64,000 nucleotides of DNA from Trueperaceae bacterium (GTDB lineage Bacteria; Deinococcota; Deinococci; Deinococcales; Trueperaceae), in assembly GCA_965213705.1 (NCBI GenBank), contig OZ243913.1, positions 4,128,001 through 4,192,000 on the forward strand, given 5' to 3'. Below the pieces are notes generated by a model that was not told the DNA's origin, did not search any database, and saw only the letters and a list, made by a program, of their open reading frames with translations. The translations under genes were made by a program, and so were the position numbers. Of this stretch, positions 9,636 to 19,144 are shown piece after piece; within the stretch, counting starts at the first letter, position 1; the number at the start of each line of letters is the position of its first letter.

Positions 9636-12016
9636 CTTGCAATAACTTCGAACCTCGTAGAGGATTGAAACACTCGAAGAGGAGGCCCGGATGGTTGACG
9701 GCTTCACTTGCAATAACTTCGAACCTCGTAGAGGATTGAAACACGCTCGAGGCGCAGCTCGTGGGACTCGACCTAAACTTGCAATAACTTCGAACCTCGT
9801 AGAGGATTGAAACTGCGTACCAGGTTTTCACAGCGCCACCGCCTCGACTTGCAATAACTTCGAACCTCGTAGAGGATTGAAACTCGTTGTACATCCATAC
9901 GCGCAACCGGTCACGCAACTTGCAATAACTTCGAACCTCGTAGAGGATTGAAACAACGGCGAGGGGGATGATGACCGTGCTGGCGAACACTTGCAATAAC
10001 TTCGAACCTCGTAGAGGATTGAAACTTCACCAAACCGGGTGCGACGTTGGAGATGTAGACTTGCAATAACTTCGAACCTCGTAGAGGATTGAAACACTCG
10101 ATTTTCTTTTTCGGATGGTTGACGGCTTCACTTGCAATAACTTCGAACCTCGTAGAGGATTGAAACTTTATACTAACACACGTAGGTTAGTAATGCAATA
10201 CTTGCAATAACTTCGAACCTCGTAGAGGATTGAAACTCAAAAGGAATGCCGAGCTGTTGAAGGATAGCTTGACTTGCAATAACTTCGAACCTCGTAGAGG
10301 ATTGAAACACTTTGTTGTAATCGTCAGCCGTCCAAACGACGTTCTTGCAATAACTTCGAACCTCGTAGAGGATTGAAACATGGATTCCCAGTCGAGAAGG
10401 CCGTGCGCCACGTCCTTGCAATAACTTCGAACCTCGTAGAGGATTGAAACGTTACTTACCGAGCTGTCCCGGCGCTCATGAGCCCGCTTGCAATAACTTC
10501 GAACCTCGTAGAGGATTGAAACTTATTGAAAAAGGTTCACCACAATGCGCACATGTTACTTGCAATAACTTCGAACCTCGTAGAGGATTGAAACCTGTTG
10601 GAAGAGAGGCTCGAGCTTCCAATCATCTTGCAATAACTTCGAACCTCGTAGAGGATTGAAACAGAGGGTTGAGGACGCTTAAACGGCCCGTGCCGCCTTG
10701 CAATAACTTCGAACCTCGTAGAGGATTGAAACACAGTAAAAACCCAAGTGGTATAGCCCCATCACCTCCTTGCAATAACTTCGAACCTCGTAGAGGATTG
10801 AAACTGGCGCAAGGTCGCCATGCAACTGTTTCAGGACAACTTGCAATAACTTCGAACCTCGTAGAGGATTGAAACCTTTTTGCTCGAGACAGGGACTACC
10901 TCACCATTGACTTGCAATAACTTCGAACCTCGTAGAGGATTGAAACAAAGTTGGACTACCGAGGTAAATACCTCGTCATCTCCTTGCAATAACTTCGAAC
11001 CTCGTAGAGGATTGAAACACCCACCGGGGCCGCATCGTCACCCTGAAAGAACTCTTGCAATAACTTCGAACCTCGTAGAGGATTGAAACAACTCTGTCCA
11101 ATAACTCACTGTTCACCTCCTGACACTTGCAATAACTTCGAACCTCGTAGAGGATTGAAACTTTGGACGTTGAACGTACTGCTGAGCATCGCCTTCCTTG
11201 CAATAACTTCGAACCTCGTAGAGGATTGAAACAATTTTACCTCAACGACAACCTGAAAATCATCCACTTGCAATAACTTCGAACCTCGTAGAGGATTGAA
11301 ACCCTTTGCCCCGCACGGTGGCCCGCTCGAAGGGGTTGCTTGCAATAACTTCGAACCTCGTAGAGGATTGAAACACAAGCTAACCCGGCTTAGCACGCTG
11401 CTCACGCTAACTTGCAATAACTTCGAACCTCGTAGAGGATTGAAACTCTTTTGGTACGGCCGCCTGCACATCCATGTTGAACTTGCAATAACTTCGAACC
11501 TCGTAGAGGATTGAAACGGCCTGCTATCGTAGCAAGCGAAGGCGGGGCCAGCTTGCAATAACTTCGAACCTCGTAGAGGATTGAAACATAGCTCAGTACG
11601 ACGTGACCAACGGCGTTTGGAAACTTGCAATAACTTCGAACCTCGTAGAGGATTGAAACCTCAGAGATGAGTTTCATCCCCAACTCTTTCCCGGCGTCTT
11701 GCAATAACTTCGAACCTCGTAGAGGATTGAAACAGCGTCCAGAGATTCGCCGGAGACGCGGCGTAGCCTTGCAATAACTTCGAACCTCGTAGAGGATTGA
11801 AACTCGACACCCTTACGAATCGCTAGATTCTCGGTGTCTCTTGCAATAACTTCGAACCTCGTAGAGGATTGAAACCGGGACAGTCTTTACGCGGCGCTCG
11901 CCACGGCAACCCTTGCAATAACTTCGAACCTCGTAGAGGATTGAAACGAGACGTCGCCGTTCCAGGCGGCGATGACCATGCTTGCAGTAACTTCGAACCT
12001 CGTAGAGGATTGGAAT
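9636..12016 (+). CRISPR. CRISPR array: 34 repeats (36 bp CTTGCAATAACTTCGAACCTCGTAGAGGATTGAAAC) and 33 spacers of 32-38 bp
   Basis: Repeats read directly from 9636-9671 to 11981-12016; last repeat degenerate (CTTGCAGTAA...GATTGGAAT); CCTC-GTA-GAGG stem and ATTGAAAC 3' handle. Confidence 0.99.
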
Positions 12017-12035
12017 GAATCGGTACAGGCCAATC

Positions 12036-12737
12036 TCACAATCCATGCACTCCAACCTCGGTAGCGTGAACTTCGCGGCGCACCGCTTTCTGAAGTTCAG
12101 GGTAGTTGCTACCTTCTTGTTGTCCGTTCACAAATACGGCAGGTACATGTTTTATTCTGAATTGGTCGGCTAGCGCCTTATCGGCCTCGACTGCCGCCTC
12201 ACCCTTTCGCGTGTTTATGCACATTTCTAATTCTGTGATATTGATGTCCGCGAGAGCTTCACTTTCGGCGGCTTTTATAAGTCGTTCGGGCGTCGCCCAC
12301 CCTTGAAGAGGGCGCTGCAACTCAAAAACGGCGCGCGTGTACGGCCAAAAAGCCTTTGGATTTTGCTGATAAACGCATTCCGTAGCCACCGCCGCTGTGT
12401 AGGAACCCTCGCTCATGAACGGGTTGTGCAGGTAAATGATGCTTACTTGACCTGAATTGACAAACTCGCGCTCGAGCTTTGGCAACACCTCACGCTCAAA
12501 GTCGCGGCAGTGGGGACACTGAAAGTCAGAAAAGACCACGATAGAAACGGGGGCATCCGCACGTCCGAGTATTGGCCGGTGCGACAGCTCGAGGTTTGCC
12601 GGAAGTACAAGCGGTGGTTCTGGCACTAAGCGCGGAACCAGCAACCAACTGAGAACGGCAAGATAAAGAACTATAAACCCGAGAAGCCAACGCGGTAAGG
12701 GGCGCAGCAGAGGTTTCACGCTGCCCCCGCCAGCCAC
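12036..12737 (-). CDS. DsbA-family thioredoxin-fold protein with N-terminal membrane anchor
   Basis: LGRADAPVSIVVFSDFQCPHC and VPAVFVNG; last gene of the transfer operon. Confidence 0.88.
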   Translation of the reverse strand: MAGGGSVKPLLRPLPRWLLGFIVLYLAVLSWLLVPRLVPEPPLVLPANLELSHRPILGRADAPVSIVVFSDFQCPHCRDFEREVLPKLEREFVNSGQVSIIYLHNPFMSEGSYTAAVATECVYQQNPKAFWPYTRAVFELQRPLQGWATPERLIKAAESEALADINITELEMCINTRKGEAAVEADKALADQFRIKHVPAVFVNGQQEGSNYPELQKAVRREVHATEVGVHGL

Positions 12738-13690
12738 CGACCGCGCGGCTTTTTACCCATCAAGACACTGTCGACAGCTTCCTCGAGGTTCTCGAAATAG
12801 TAAAGTTGACCCTTACCGCGCACTTCCACGGCGGCGCTAAAAACCGGGAGAGACAAGCGGCGTTGTTGCGCTGTGTCGAGACCGCCCAGCAGCGGCACCA
12901 GGTCGGGGTTATGCACGACCTTCGCCAGCGTTCTTCCGTGTACCGTGGCAACCATTTTCACACCACGCTGCACGATGGTGACGGCGTTTTCAACATCCCG
13001 TCGGTAGCCCAACTCGTCAATGACGAGGCACTCGGGGCCGTGGTTCGCGAGCGCTTCCATAAGCACTTTGGCTTGCAATGAGGGGTCGGGAACCTGCAAG
13101 CGCCGGGCAGCGGCAAGGCCGGGATGGGACGTTTTACCATCGCCGCCGATTTCGTTGCTGGTATCGACTACGACCACCTTCGGGCCTTGGGCCTCGGCCA
13201 GGATGCGAACAACGTCTCTTAGCAGGGTCGTCTTGCCCGCACCGGGCGGACCGATGAGCATAAGGCTCTCGTCACCGCTCAGCAGCACCTCGCGTAGCGG
13301 TTCGGCCACCCCGACGAGAAAGCGCCCTAGCCGTATCGTCGCTCCGGTAATTTCGCCGTAGCGGTCACGGATGGCGCTGATGCGGTGAAGGGTGCCCTCG
13401 AGCCCCGCGCGGTTGTCCTCGCGAAAACCCCCGAGGCGGTGGATGAGGTAGTGGAGGTCGTCTTTGCCGACACAGCGCGAGTAGCGCCGGTAGCTGTTCG
13501 CGCAACTGAGAGTCAAAGGTCGGCCCAAGTCGAGCGCGAGTTCTTCCAACCCGTCCAGGTTTTCTTCAGCGGCCTCTTGAATCCAGGCGGGGAGGACACG
13601 AAGAAGAGCCTCGAGGCCGTCAATAGCTTCACTTTGCACAGCGGGCGGTTTACTCAGTAGTACTGACACGCCGTCGCCTAAGGGATTCAT
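12716..13690 (-). CDS. SpoIIIAA/Ycf45-like ATPase
   Basis: DNRAGLEGTLHRISAIR, Walker A GPPGAGKTT, VVDTSNEIGG, IDELG, ATVHG. Confidence 0.82.
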   Translation of the reverse strand: MNPLGDGVSVLLSKPPAVQSEAIDGLEALLRVLPAWIQEAAEENLDGLEELALDLGRPLTLSCANSYRRYSRCVGKDDLHYLIHRLGGFREDNRAGLEGTLHRISAIRDRYGEITGATIRLGRFLVGVAEPLREVLLSGDESLMLIGPPGAGKTTLLRDVVRILAEAQGPKVVVVDTSNEIGGDGKTSHPGLAAARRLQVPDPSLQAKVLMEALANHGPECLVIDELGYRRDVENAVTIVQRGVKMVATVHGRTLAKVVHNPDLVPLLGGLDTAQQRRLSLPVFSAAVEVRGKGQLYYFENLEEAVDSVLMGKKPRGRWLAGAA

Positions 13691-14180
13691 AAAGGTTCAA
13701 CACCTCCTCGACGTAAGCTTGCGTTTCTTCGAAGGGTGGCACACCGCCGTAGCGTTGCACCGCCCCGGCCCCGGCGTTATAAGCCGCTAGGGCAAGTGTC
13801 CAGTCGCCGAAGTCGTCGTATCGTTCACGCAGGTACTTGGCTGTACCCCACAAGTTTTGGTCTATGTCTTTAGGGTCTACACACAGTTCGGCCGCCGTAA
13901 GGGGCATGAGCTGACCGAGGCCCAAGGCACCCTTCGGGCTTACCGCTGTTGGACAGAATCTCGATTCGGCCCAAACAAGCGCTACCATCAGGTCGGGCTC
14001 GAGGCCGAAGCTGCGGGCGTAGTGTTCGGTTAGGCTTACCAATTCCGGAGTTGCACAGACTGAGGCTAGCGCGAAGGTGGCGGTCAACATCACAAAAGCC
14101 GAGATGCAATACTTCAGCACCCGTTGAAACTTTACCCAGCAGCTGGCAAAAGAACGTCTACAAATTGTTTCAGTAGTCAT
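13650..14180 (-). CDS. Lytic transglycosylase (SLT domain, VirB1-like)
   Basis: AESRF...AVSPKGALGLGQLMP, ALAAYNAG, PPFEETQAYV; start uncertain. Confidence 0.92.
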   Translation of the reverse strand: MTTETICRRSFASCWVKFQRVLKYCISAFVMLTATFALASVCATPELVSLTEHYARSFGLEPDLMVALVWAESRFCPTAVSPKGALGLGQLMPLTAAELCVDPKDIDQNLWGTAKYLRERYDDFGDWTLALAAYNAGAGAVQRYGGVPPFEETQAYVEEVLNLYESLRRRRVSTTE

Positions 14181-14400
14181 CCTTTTGTCCTCTCGTGAGG
14201 TGCCGCCGAACGCGCCGGAGTTCATCCAACAGTTGCACCGCGAGGTACAGCAGCGCCACACCCCCAAAGAAGAGCAGGCCGAGGGACACGCCGCCGGGGT
14301 TGCCGGTGCTTAAAAACGCGAGCCCGGCGACAAAATACGCTGTTCCAAGGGCAATAGAGAGAGAGCGGACGAGTCGCGTCTTGAGTTTGCTACGGTTCAC
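14170..14400 (-). CDS. Small two-TM membrane protein
   Basis: Two hydrophobic segments; coupled to the upstream gene with a GGAGG RBS. Confidence 0.6.
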   Translation of the reverse strand: MNRSKLKTRLVRSLSIALGTAYFVAGLAFLSTGNPGGVSLGLLFFGGVALLYLAVQLLDELRRVRRHLTRGQKDDY

Positions 14401-14912
14401 GGTTGTCCTCCTGTTGGTGCAGGAATGGTGGGCTCGTAAAGGGCGGCGTCGCGGAAGGCTCCATAGAACCAGGTGATCACCCGGTCTACATCGTTTGAAC
14501 TGCGGGTTTGGGTCGTTTCTTCAACCTGCGGTGTCGCCTCGAGCGCCGCGAGGAGCGGCCCACTGACCAACCACTGTCGATCCACGACCAGATAACTCTC
14601 TGCCACTGGGGCAAGGCGCACCCTTGCGCCGGCGAGACGCAAACTCATAATGTACGATGCGCGGCTGTCGGCGGCGTCGGGAGAGACGAGGAGATAGACG
14701 GCTATACCACGAACCACCATCGCCTCGCGCAACGCTTCGGCTAACGGGTGCGAGAGCAGCACAGGTGTGACGAAAAGAATTTCGTTCGTGGCAGACGCTA
14801 TTAGTCGCGCTACTTCATCCTGGGTGGTTACAGGAGACGCTGCACCTGTCACATCTTGGCCCCAAACCCAGCCAATAAGCATCGTCATTAACACAACTCC
14901 TAGCCGCTGCAT
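14397..14912 (-). CDS. Exported PLD/Nuc-fold-like protein lacking the HKD motif
   Basis: Signal peptide; IASATNEI...LAEALREA..RGIAVYLLV and YLVVDRQWLVSG resemble PLD-like nucleases, but H and K are missing. Confidence 0.55.
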   Translation of the reverse strand: MQRLGVVLMTMLIGWVWGQDVTGAASPVTTQDEVARLIASATNEILFVTPVLLSHPLAEALREAMVVRGIAVYLLVSPDAADSRASYIMSLRLAGARVRLAPVAESYLVVDRQWLVSGPLLAALEATPQVEETTQTRSSNDVDRVITWFYGAFRDAALYEPTIPAPTGGQP

Positions 14913-17812
14913 CAGAACGCCTCTTCAGCGAAGGTGTAGGTCTGAAGCCGCCGCTTGCGCCGCTGGGGGCCGTGACCGATGGTGAGGTCACGGCGGCTCG
15001 TTCCGTCGGGCAATTTACCGAGAATGCGCTGGTACTCACGTTTGGGCAAGGCGACCGCTTCTTCTTGATACAAGCCGACGGGCTCGAGTTCGTCTTTGTC
15101 CTCGCGCACTTCAAAGGCGGGGTGACCTTTGAGCAGGTGCGTGTGGTCGCGGCACCAGGCGAGGAGCTTGGGGTAATGCTCGAGGTCGCCTACAGAAATC
15201 TCCGACCCCTGCCGGTTGTCAATCCGCACGGTTTGCAGATTCTCCGGAAGCTCACCTACAAGCTGCCTGAATGTCTCGTTGGGCAGACGAACTGTGCGCG
15301 GCTGGTACCATCCTAAGAGGTCAGTCGCAACTTTGTCGTCCTCGCCAAGTGCTTCGTACTCAGGGTGGCCCTCGAGCTGCCGCCCATTGGCAGTAATCCA
15401 GGTGCGAAGCTGCTCGGCCGTCTTGTCCTTTCGATAAGGACTCAAAACGTTGCGAACACGCACCCGCGCCGCCTGTTCGCCCTGTGCCTTCTGCCGCTGT
15501 TCAAAGAGGATGCGTGAACGCTTGACCTGACCCTCGCCGATAAGCTTGTGGCCTTCGCCAACGATGGCGAGCGTGTCGCCCGCTTGCATCACCCAGCCTC
15601 GCGCTGTCCAAGCCTTGAGCCCGTCGGGTGCTCGGAGTGCAGTCGGTAGCGATGCGCGCGGCACGACCAAGCGCGCGACCTCATGATGGCGGTGGGACAC
15701 CATCTCCACCTGCACGGGGACATCGTGCTCGAGCACTGCCACGAACCATTCTCGCAGCGCATGATGAGCCGTCTCGCTCGGGACGCTCGAGGTTTGGTTG
15801 GGGGTGGCGTTGCTCGACTGTGGTGGAATTTTCTTCTCAGGCCCGTGACCAAAGTTTGATGTCGGATGAGATAGGTCGTCTACTGCCTCGTCAACCGGAG
15901 TGGGTGCTGCTGAAGAGGCTGCGTACTGCTGCCGCAAATTCTGCAAGCGGTACTGAGCGGTCGAAGCATCCGAAACGCTTTTACGCTGTTCTAAAACATC
16001 ACGTGCTACTCGAGATACTTCAATTTTCCTTGGTGCCAACCTTCGGTAGATTTGGTGCAAAGGATTTCGCACCTCCAGCAGACGCCGCTCGTCAAGTCGT
16101 GGGAGGAGCACCTTTGACGGCGGGCTGCCCCCTTGCAACAGCACCCCCATCCCCTCGGGCCAGTCGCGCATCTCTTCAATCGACAGGAGGGGACGGCCCA
16201 CCTCTTGCTGGCGGCGGTGGTGGTTGGGCCAGTCGAAGGCGTGCTTGCGCGTCGTTCCGGTCGTTGTCGAAACGGCCGTCAGTTCGCCCATCGCTTCGCT
16301 GAAGTAGGTGGCGTCTTCAAAAGAAAGGTAGCGGGGAAAAATAAGGGTCTGCCTCAAGTTGCCGCTGACGAATGAGCGAAAAGCCTCCCGTCCATAAACG
16401 GCTTCGCCCTGCGCGCGGTTTTGTAGCGAAACGTGATAGGCGACCCGCCTCGAGCGCATCGTCGCAAAGCCCTCGCCGACGTTCGGCAGAGGACCCAGTG
16501 AGGCGAACTCGTCTAAGTAAATAGATGTATGCACCGGAAGCTGTCCGCCGTGCGCGTTCGCGGTGCGGATAAGCGCGCTGTCGAGAATACGTTTGACGAG
16601 TTGGAGGAGCGTTTGGCCGCGGGAACGCATAAGTTCGTCCTGCGGGATGCCGATGTAAAGCAGCGTAGGGCGTGCGCCGATGGTTGCGAGGTCTATGTTC
16701 TCTTGAGGATTGGCCGAGGCGGTCGTCGCGTGCTCGAGGCGTGGGTCTAGGAAAAGCTCGAGTTCTTCAACGAGTCCCCGCACCACACCATGACGGATAC
16801 GCGTCTCCTGCTCGAAAAAGCCACCGAGCCGCTCACGCACCTCGGCGTCGGGGTGAGAGCGCACGTAGGCGGCGACCTCGTGGGTGCCCGCTAACAAGAG
16901 TCTGGCAACGCCTGCCAGTGAGGTCTCGCCGCGCCGAGCAAACCCGAGGATGAGACCTGCAAGGAGCGCCCGTTGCTGCTTGCTGAAGAAGCCACCGTCG
17001 CCGCCGGTATCTCGCAGGGGCGTCAAGATATCGGTTATTTGCGCCGCCGTAATGCTGTCTTCCGCTCCCTGCAAGAGGGGTAGGCGTAAGGTGGTCGTGT
17101 CGAAGGGCAAGAACAGTTGCACGTCGTGACCCGCCTTTGCAAAGACCGGTACCAGGTCGAACAGCCCGCTCCTAGTGTCGGGATATTTGAGGTCGATAAC
17201 AGCAGCGCTGCATCTTTGAAGCGCGTCCATGAGGAGGTTCGGTTTGTAATAGCCCGTCGATTTACCCGCACCCGTACCCCCGACGAGGAGTGTGTGGGCG
17301 CAGCGTAGACGTTCGGGTGGGCGGAGCGGCTGTCCACTTGAATGCACCCCAAGGTAGCCGCGCTGAGGATTGTCACGCTCTCCTCGCAAGAGCGGTTTCA
17401 GGTCACCTTTCGTCGCCCACCGCGCGCCGCCGGGAGCTTTTTGCAAGCCCGGCTTTTGACCCAAGGTGGCAGCGACGGCGGCTCCGATCGCGCTGGCAAA
17501 AAACACGCCGCCCAGCAGGGGCCAAGGAATCTCTGTCTTCACGCCCTGCCAAGCTTGCTCGAGAACTGGTTTACAGATGGGGTCTCGAGCACAGGCCGAG
17601 ACAAAGACCACGGGGTTCGCTTGTGGCTGACCCACGTACGCCGCCCAGCCGAGGTCAATCAACTGGGTGAGCTTCTGAATCCATGCCCAGAGCCCCCAGC
17701 CCAGACCGCCAACTAGGGTAACAACAGCGATAACGACAAGGGGCCATCTCAGCGCTGCGAAGCGGAAGTTGTTTGGTATAAATGCTCTTTCGATACCGAG
17801 GCGCATGGTCAA
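14912..17812 (-). CDS. virD4: Type IV coupling protein VirD4/TraG-like with long C-terminal extension
   Basis: N-terminal TM helices, GGARWAT, HTLLVGGTGAGKS, IDLK, IYLDEFASLG, SLQNRAQ..AVYG. Confidence 0.92.
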   Translation of the reverse strand: MTMRLGIERAFIPNNFRFAALRWPLVVIAVVTLVGGLGWGLWAWIQKLTQLIDLGWAAYVGQPQANPVVFVSACARDPICKPVLEQAWQGVKTEIPWPLLGGVFFASAIGAAVAATLGQKPGLQKAPGGARWATKGDLKPLLRGERDNPQRGYLGVHSSGQPLRPPERLRCAHTLLVGGTGAGKSTGYYKPNLLMDALQRCSAAVIDLKYPDTRSGLFDLVPVFAKAGHDVQLFLPFDTTTLRLPLLQGAEDSITAAQITDILTPLRDTGGDGGFFSKQQRALLAGLILGFARRGETSLAGVARLLLAGTHEVAAYVRSHPDAEVRERLGGFFEQETRIRHGVVRGLVEELELFLDPRLEHATTASANPQENIDLATIGARPTLLYIGIPQDELMRSRGQTLLQLVKRILDSALIRTANAHGGQLPVHTSIYLDEFASLGPLPNVGEGFATMRSRRVAYHVSLQNRAQGEAVYGREAFRSFVSGNLRQTLIFPRYLSFEDATYFSEAMGELTAVSTTTGTTRKHAFDWPNHHRRQQEVGRPLLSIEEMRDWPEGMGVLLQGGSPPSKVLLPRLDERRLLEVRNPLHQIYRRLAPRKIEVSRVARDVLEQRKSVSDASTAQYRLQNLRQQYAASSAAPTPVDEAVDDLSHPTSNFGHGPEKKIPPQSSNATPNQTSSVPSETAHHALREWFVAVLEHDVPVQVEMVSHRHHEVARLVVPRASLPTALRAPDGLKAWTARGWVMQAGDTLAIVGEGHKLIGEGQVKRSRILFEQRQKAQGEQAARVRVRNVLSPYRKDKTAEQLRTWITANGRQLEGHPEYEALGEDDKVATDLLGWYQPRTVRLPNETFRQLVGELPENLQTVRIDNRQGSEISVGDLEHYPKLLAWCRDHTHLLKGHPAFEVREDKDELEPVGLYQEEAVALPKREYQRILGKLPDGTSRRDLTIGHGPQRRKRRLQTYTFAEEAF

Positions 17813-19143
17813 CCTATCCTCGGCGGTGGCAGCTGGCGCGAGTTTCCACCGGGTGGGAGCATAGGCCTTACGTCACGTCCCGAAGGAAGTTGAGAAGGGG
17901 TTGACGAAACCACAACTACACTGCCGCGCGTGCTCGAGCCCGAAAAGCCAACGCTTCCAGTAGCAGGACCAAAACTTCGAGGTGCCGACGACCCAGCTGT
18001 GCTTATCTGAGCTGCCCCACCCCCACCAGAGCGTAGAGCTTTGTAGAGAAGCGCACGGCCTAGAAAGCCCGGTCCACCCACGCCGCTCGCCAAGCCGCCC
18101 ATAAAGCCCATTACATAGCGCTCCATGCGCAGGAGTAAAAAGAGTCCCATCATAAAGCCGACGAGGATGGTCAGGATGCCGAAGAGCCAACCGAGCAACA
18201 CCCCGAACACTCCTCTCAGCGCCTGCTCTCCCGCCGTGTAAAAAGCCTGGCGCGCCCGCTCGAGCGTGGCTTGAGCGTCACCGGGCAATGGCCCGGTTTG
18301 TCCGACGGCGTCGCGCAAGTCCTGAAACGCTCCGTCAAGGCTCGTAACCGCTCCATTGAAGCTGTCGACGCTTTGCTGCATCGCCTCGTTGGTGTGCTCC
18401 AGAGGTTGCGCGATGCCGAGTTCCACCACGATGCTGACGGCTACGGGCAGGAACACCACCACGAAGAGGGCTCCTAAGTTCATGCGCAGCCAAGCCCCCA
18501 ACCACGACACGGCGCTGCCGCCGGGCATTAGCAGGAACACCGCTGCAAGAGGTAAAAGCACAAGTCCGATTAGGACAGTCATCCCTGAAACGAAGATGAC
18601 GACCGTGTAAACGCCGAAGAGGACGGGCAACATCACCGTGAAAATCACACCTGCCACCCAAGTCACGACTTTGCTTAGAGTCGTTGCGGCGTCGCTCGGC
18701 TCTTCGGCGGCGAGGCCTTCGGTCGTGGCGTCGTACTGACCCGTCGAGGCTGACTGAACGGCGTACGAGCTGGCGAGGAAGCTCGGTAAAATGTTTTTCG
18801 TGTCCTCTGAGGCACTCAGCAACCGGTCGAAGGTGCCGCCACCACTCGTCCCCCAAATGCCGCTCGACCAGGTATAGACCGATGTCCAGCTATTGAAGAC
18901 CACACTGCGCAAGGTAGGCAGCATCGCCATGAGCGCGACGACCAGCAACGTCCGACCTGCCAACACTGCAAGCTCGCTGCCCCGTCCGTACCAAATAGCT
19001 CGAATCATGCCATAGGCGAAGAGCATCGCTGCCAAGCTGTAAGCCAGCGTCTCGACCGACGGAACGATTCCGTGCTGCTCGACGAGCGTCAGCATTCGGG
19101 TGAGCCAGACGATGGGATTAAAGTTGAAGTCGACGGTGGGCAT
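17809..19143 (-). CDS. Polytopic membrane protein, VirB6/TrbL-like
   Basis: Multiple TM helices, Gly/Ser/Pro-rich tail, position between the VirB4 region and VirD4. Confidence 0.65.
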   Translation of the reverse strand: MPTVDFNFNPIVWLTRMLTLVEQHGIVPSVETLAYSLAAMLFAYGMIRAIWYGRGSELAVLAGRTLLVVALMAMLPTLRSVVFNSWTSVYTWSSGIWGTSGGGTFDRLLSASEDTKNILPSFLASSYAVQSASTGQYDATTEGLAAEEPSDAATTLSKVVTWVAGVIFTVMLPVLFGVYTVVIFVSGMTVLIGLVLLPLAAVFLLMPGGSAVSWLGAWLRMNLGALFVVVFLPVAVSIVVELGIAQPLEHTNEAMQQSVDSFNGAVTSLDGAFQDLRDAVGQTGPLPGDAQATLERARQAFYTAGEQALRGVFGVLLGWLFGILTILVGFMMGLFLLLRMERYVMGFMGGLASGVGGPGFLGRALLYKALRSGGGGAAQISTAGSSAPRSFGPATGSVGFSGSSTRGSVVVVSSTPSQLPSGRDVRPMLPPGGNSRQLPPPRIG

Positions 19144-19144
19144 C

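Noticed and set aside
9672..10130. Diversity-generating retroelement as the source of the spacer 1/7 difference
   Set aside because: On the reverse strand one core is A-rich, but a G also changes, flanking adenines are untouched, and no reverse transcriptase is in the window.
10595..10626. Spacer 14 partial matches to csc1 (about 6152-6168) and 7527-7537; spacer 9 partial match to virB4 near 20635
   Set aside because: Short matches of 11-16 nt, partly driven by the abundant CTCGAG motif and expected by chance. No full self-targeting spacer was seen by eye; an exact search is still needed.
1..12016. CRISPR-associated transposon (type I-D CAST)
   Set aside because: No tnsA/B/C or tniQ in the window; the locus keeps cas3', the HD motif and the adaptation genes.
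9406..12055. Many ORFs over the leader and CRISPR array
   Set aside because: They are translations of repeats and spacers (recurring FQSSTRFEVIA, CNNFEPRRGLK), not genes.
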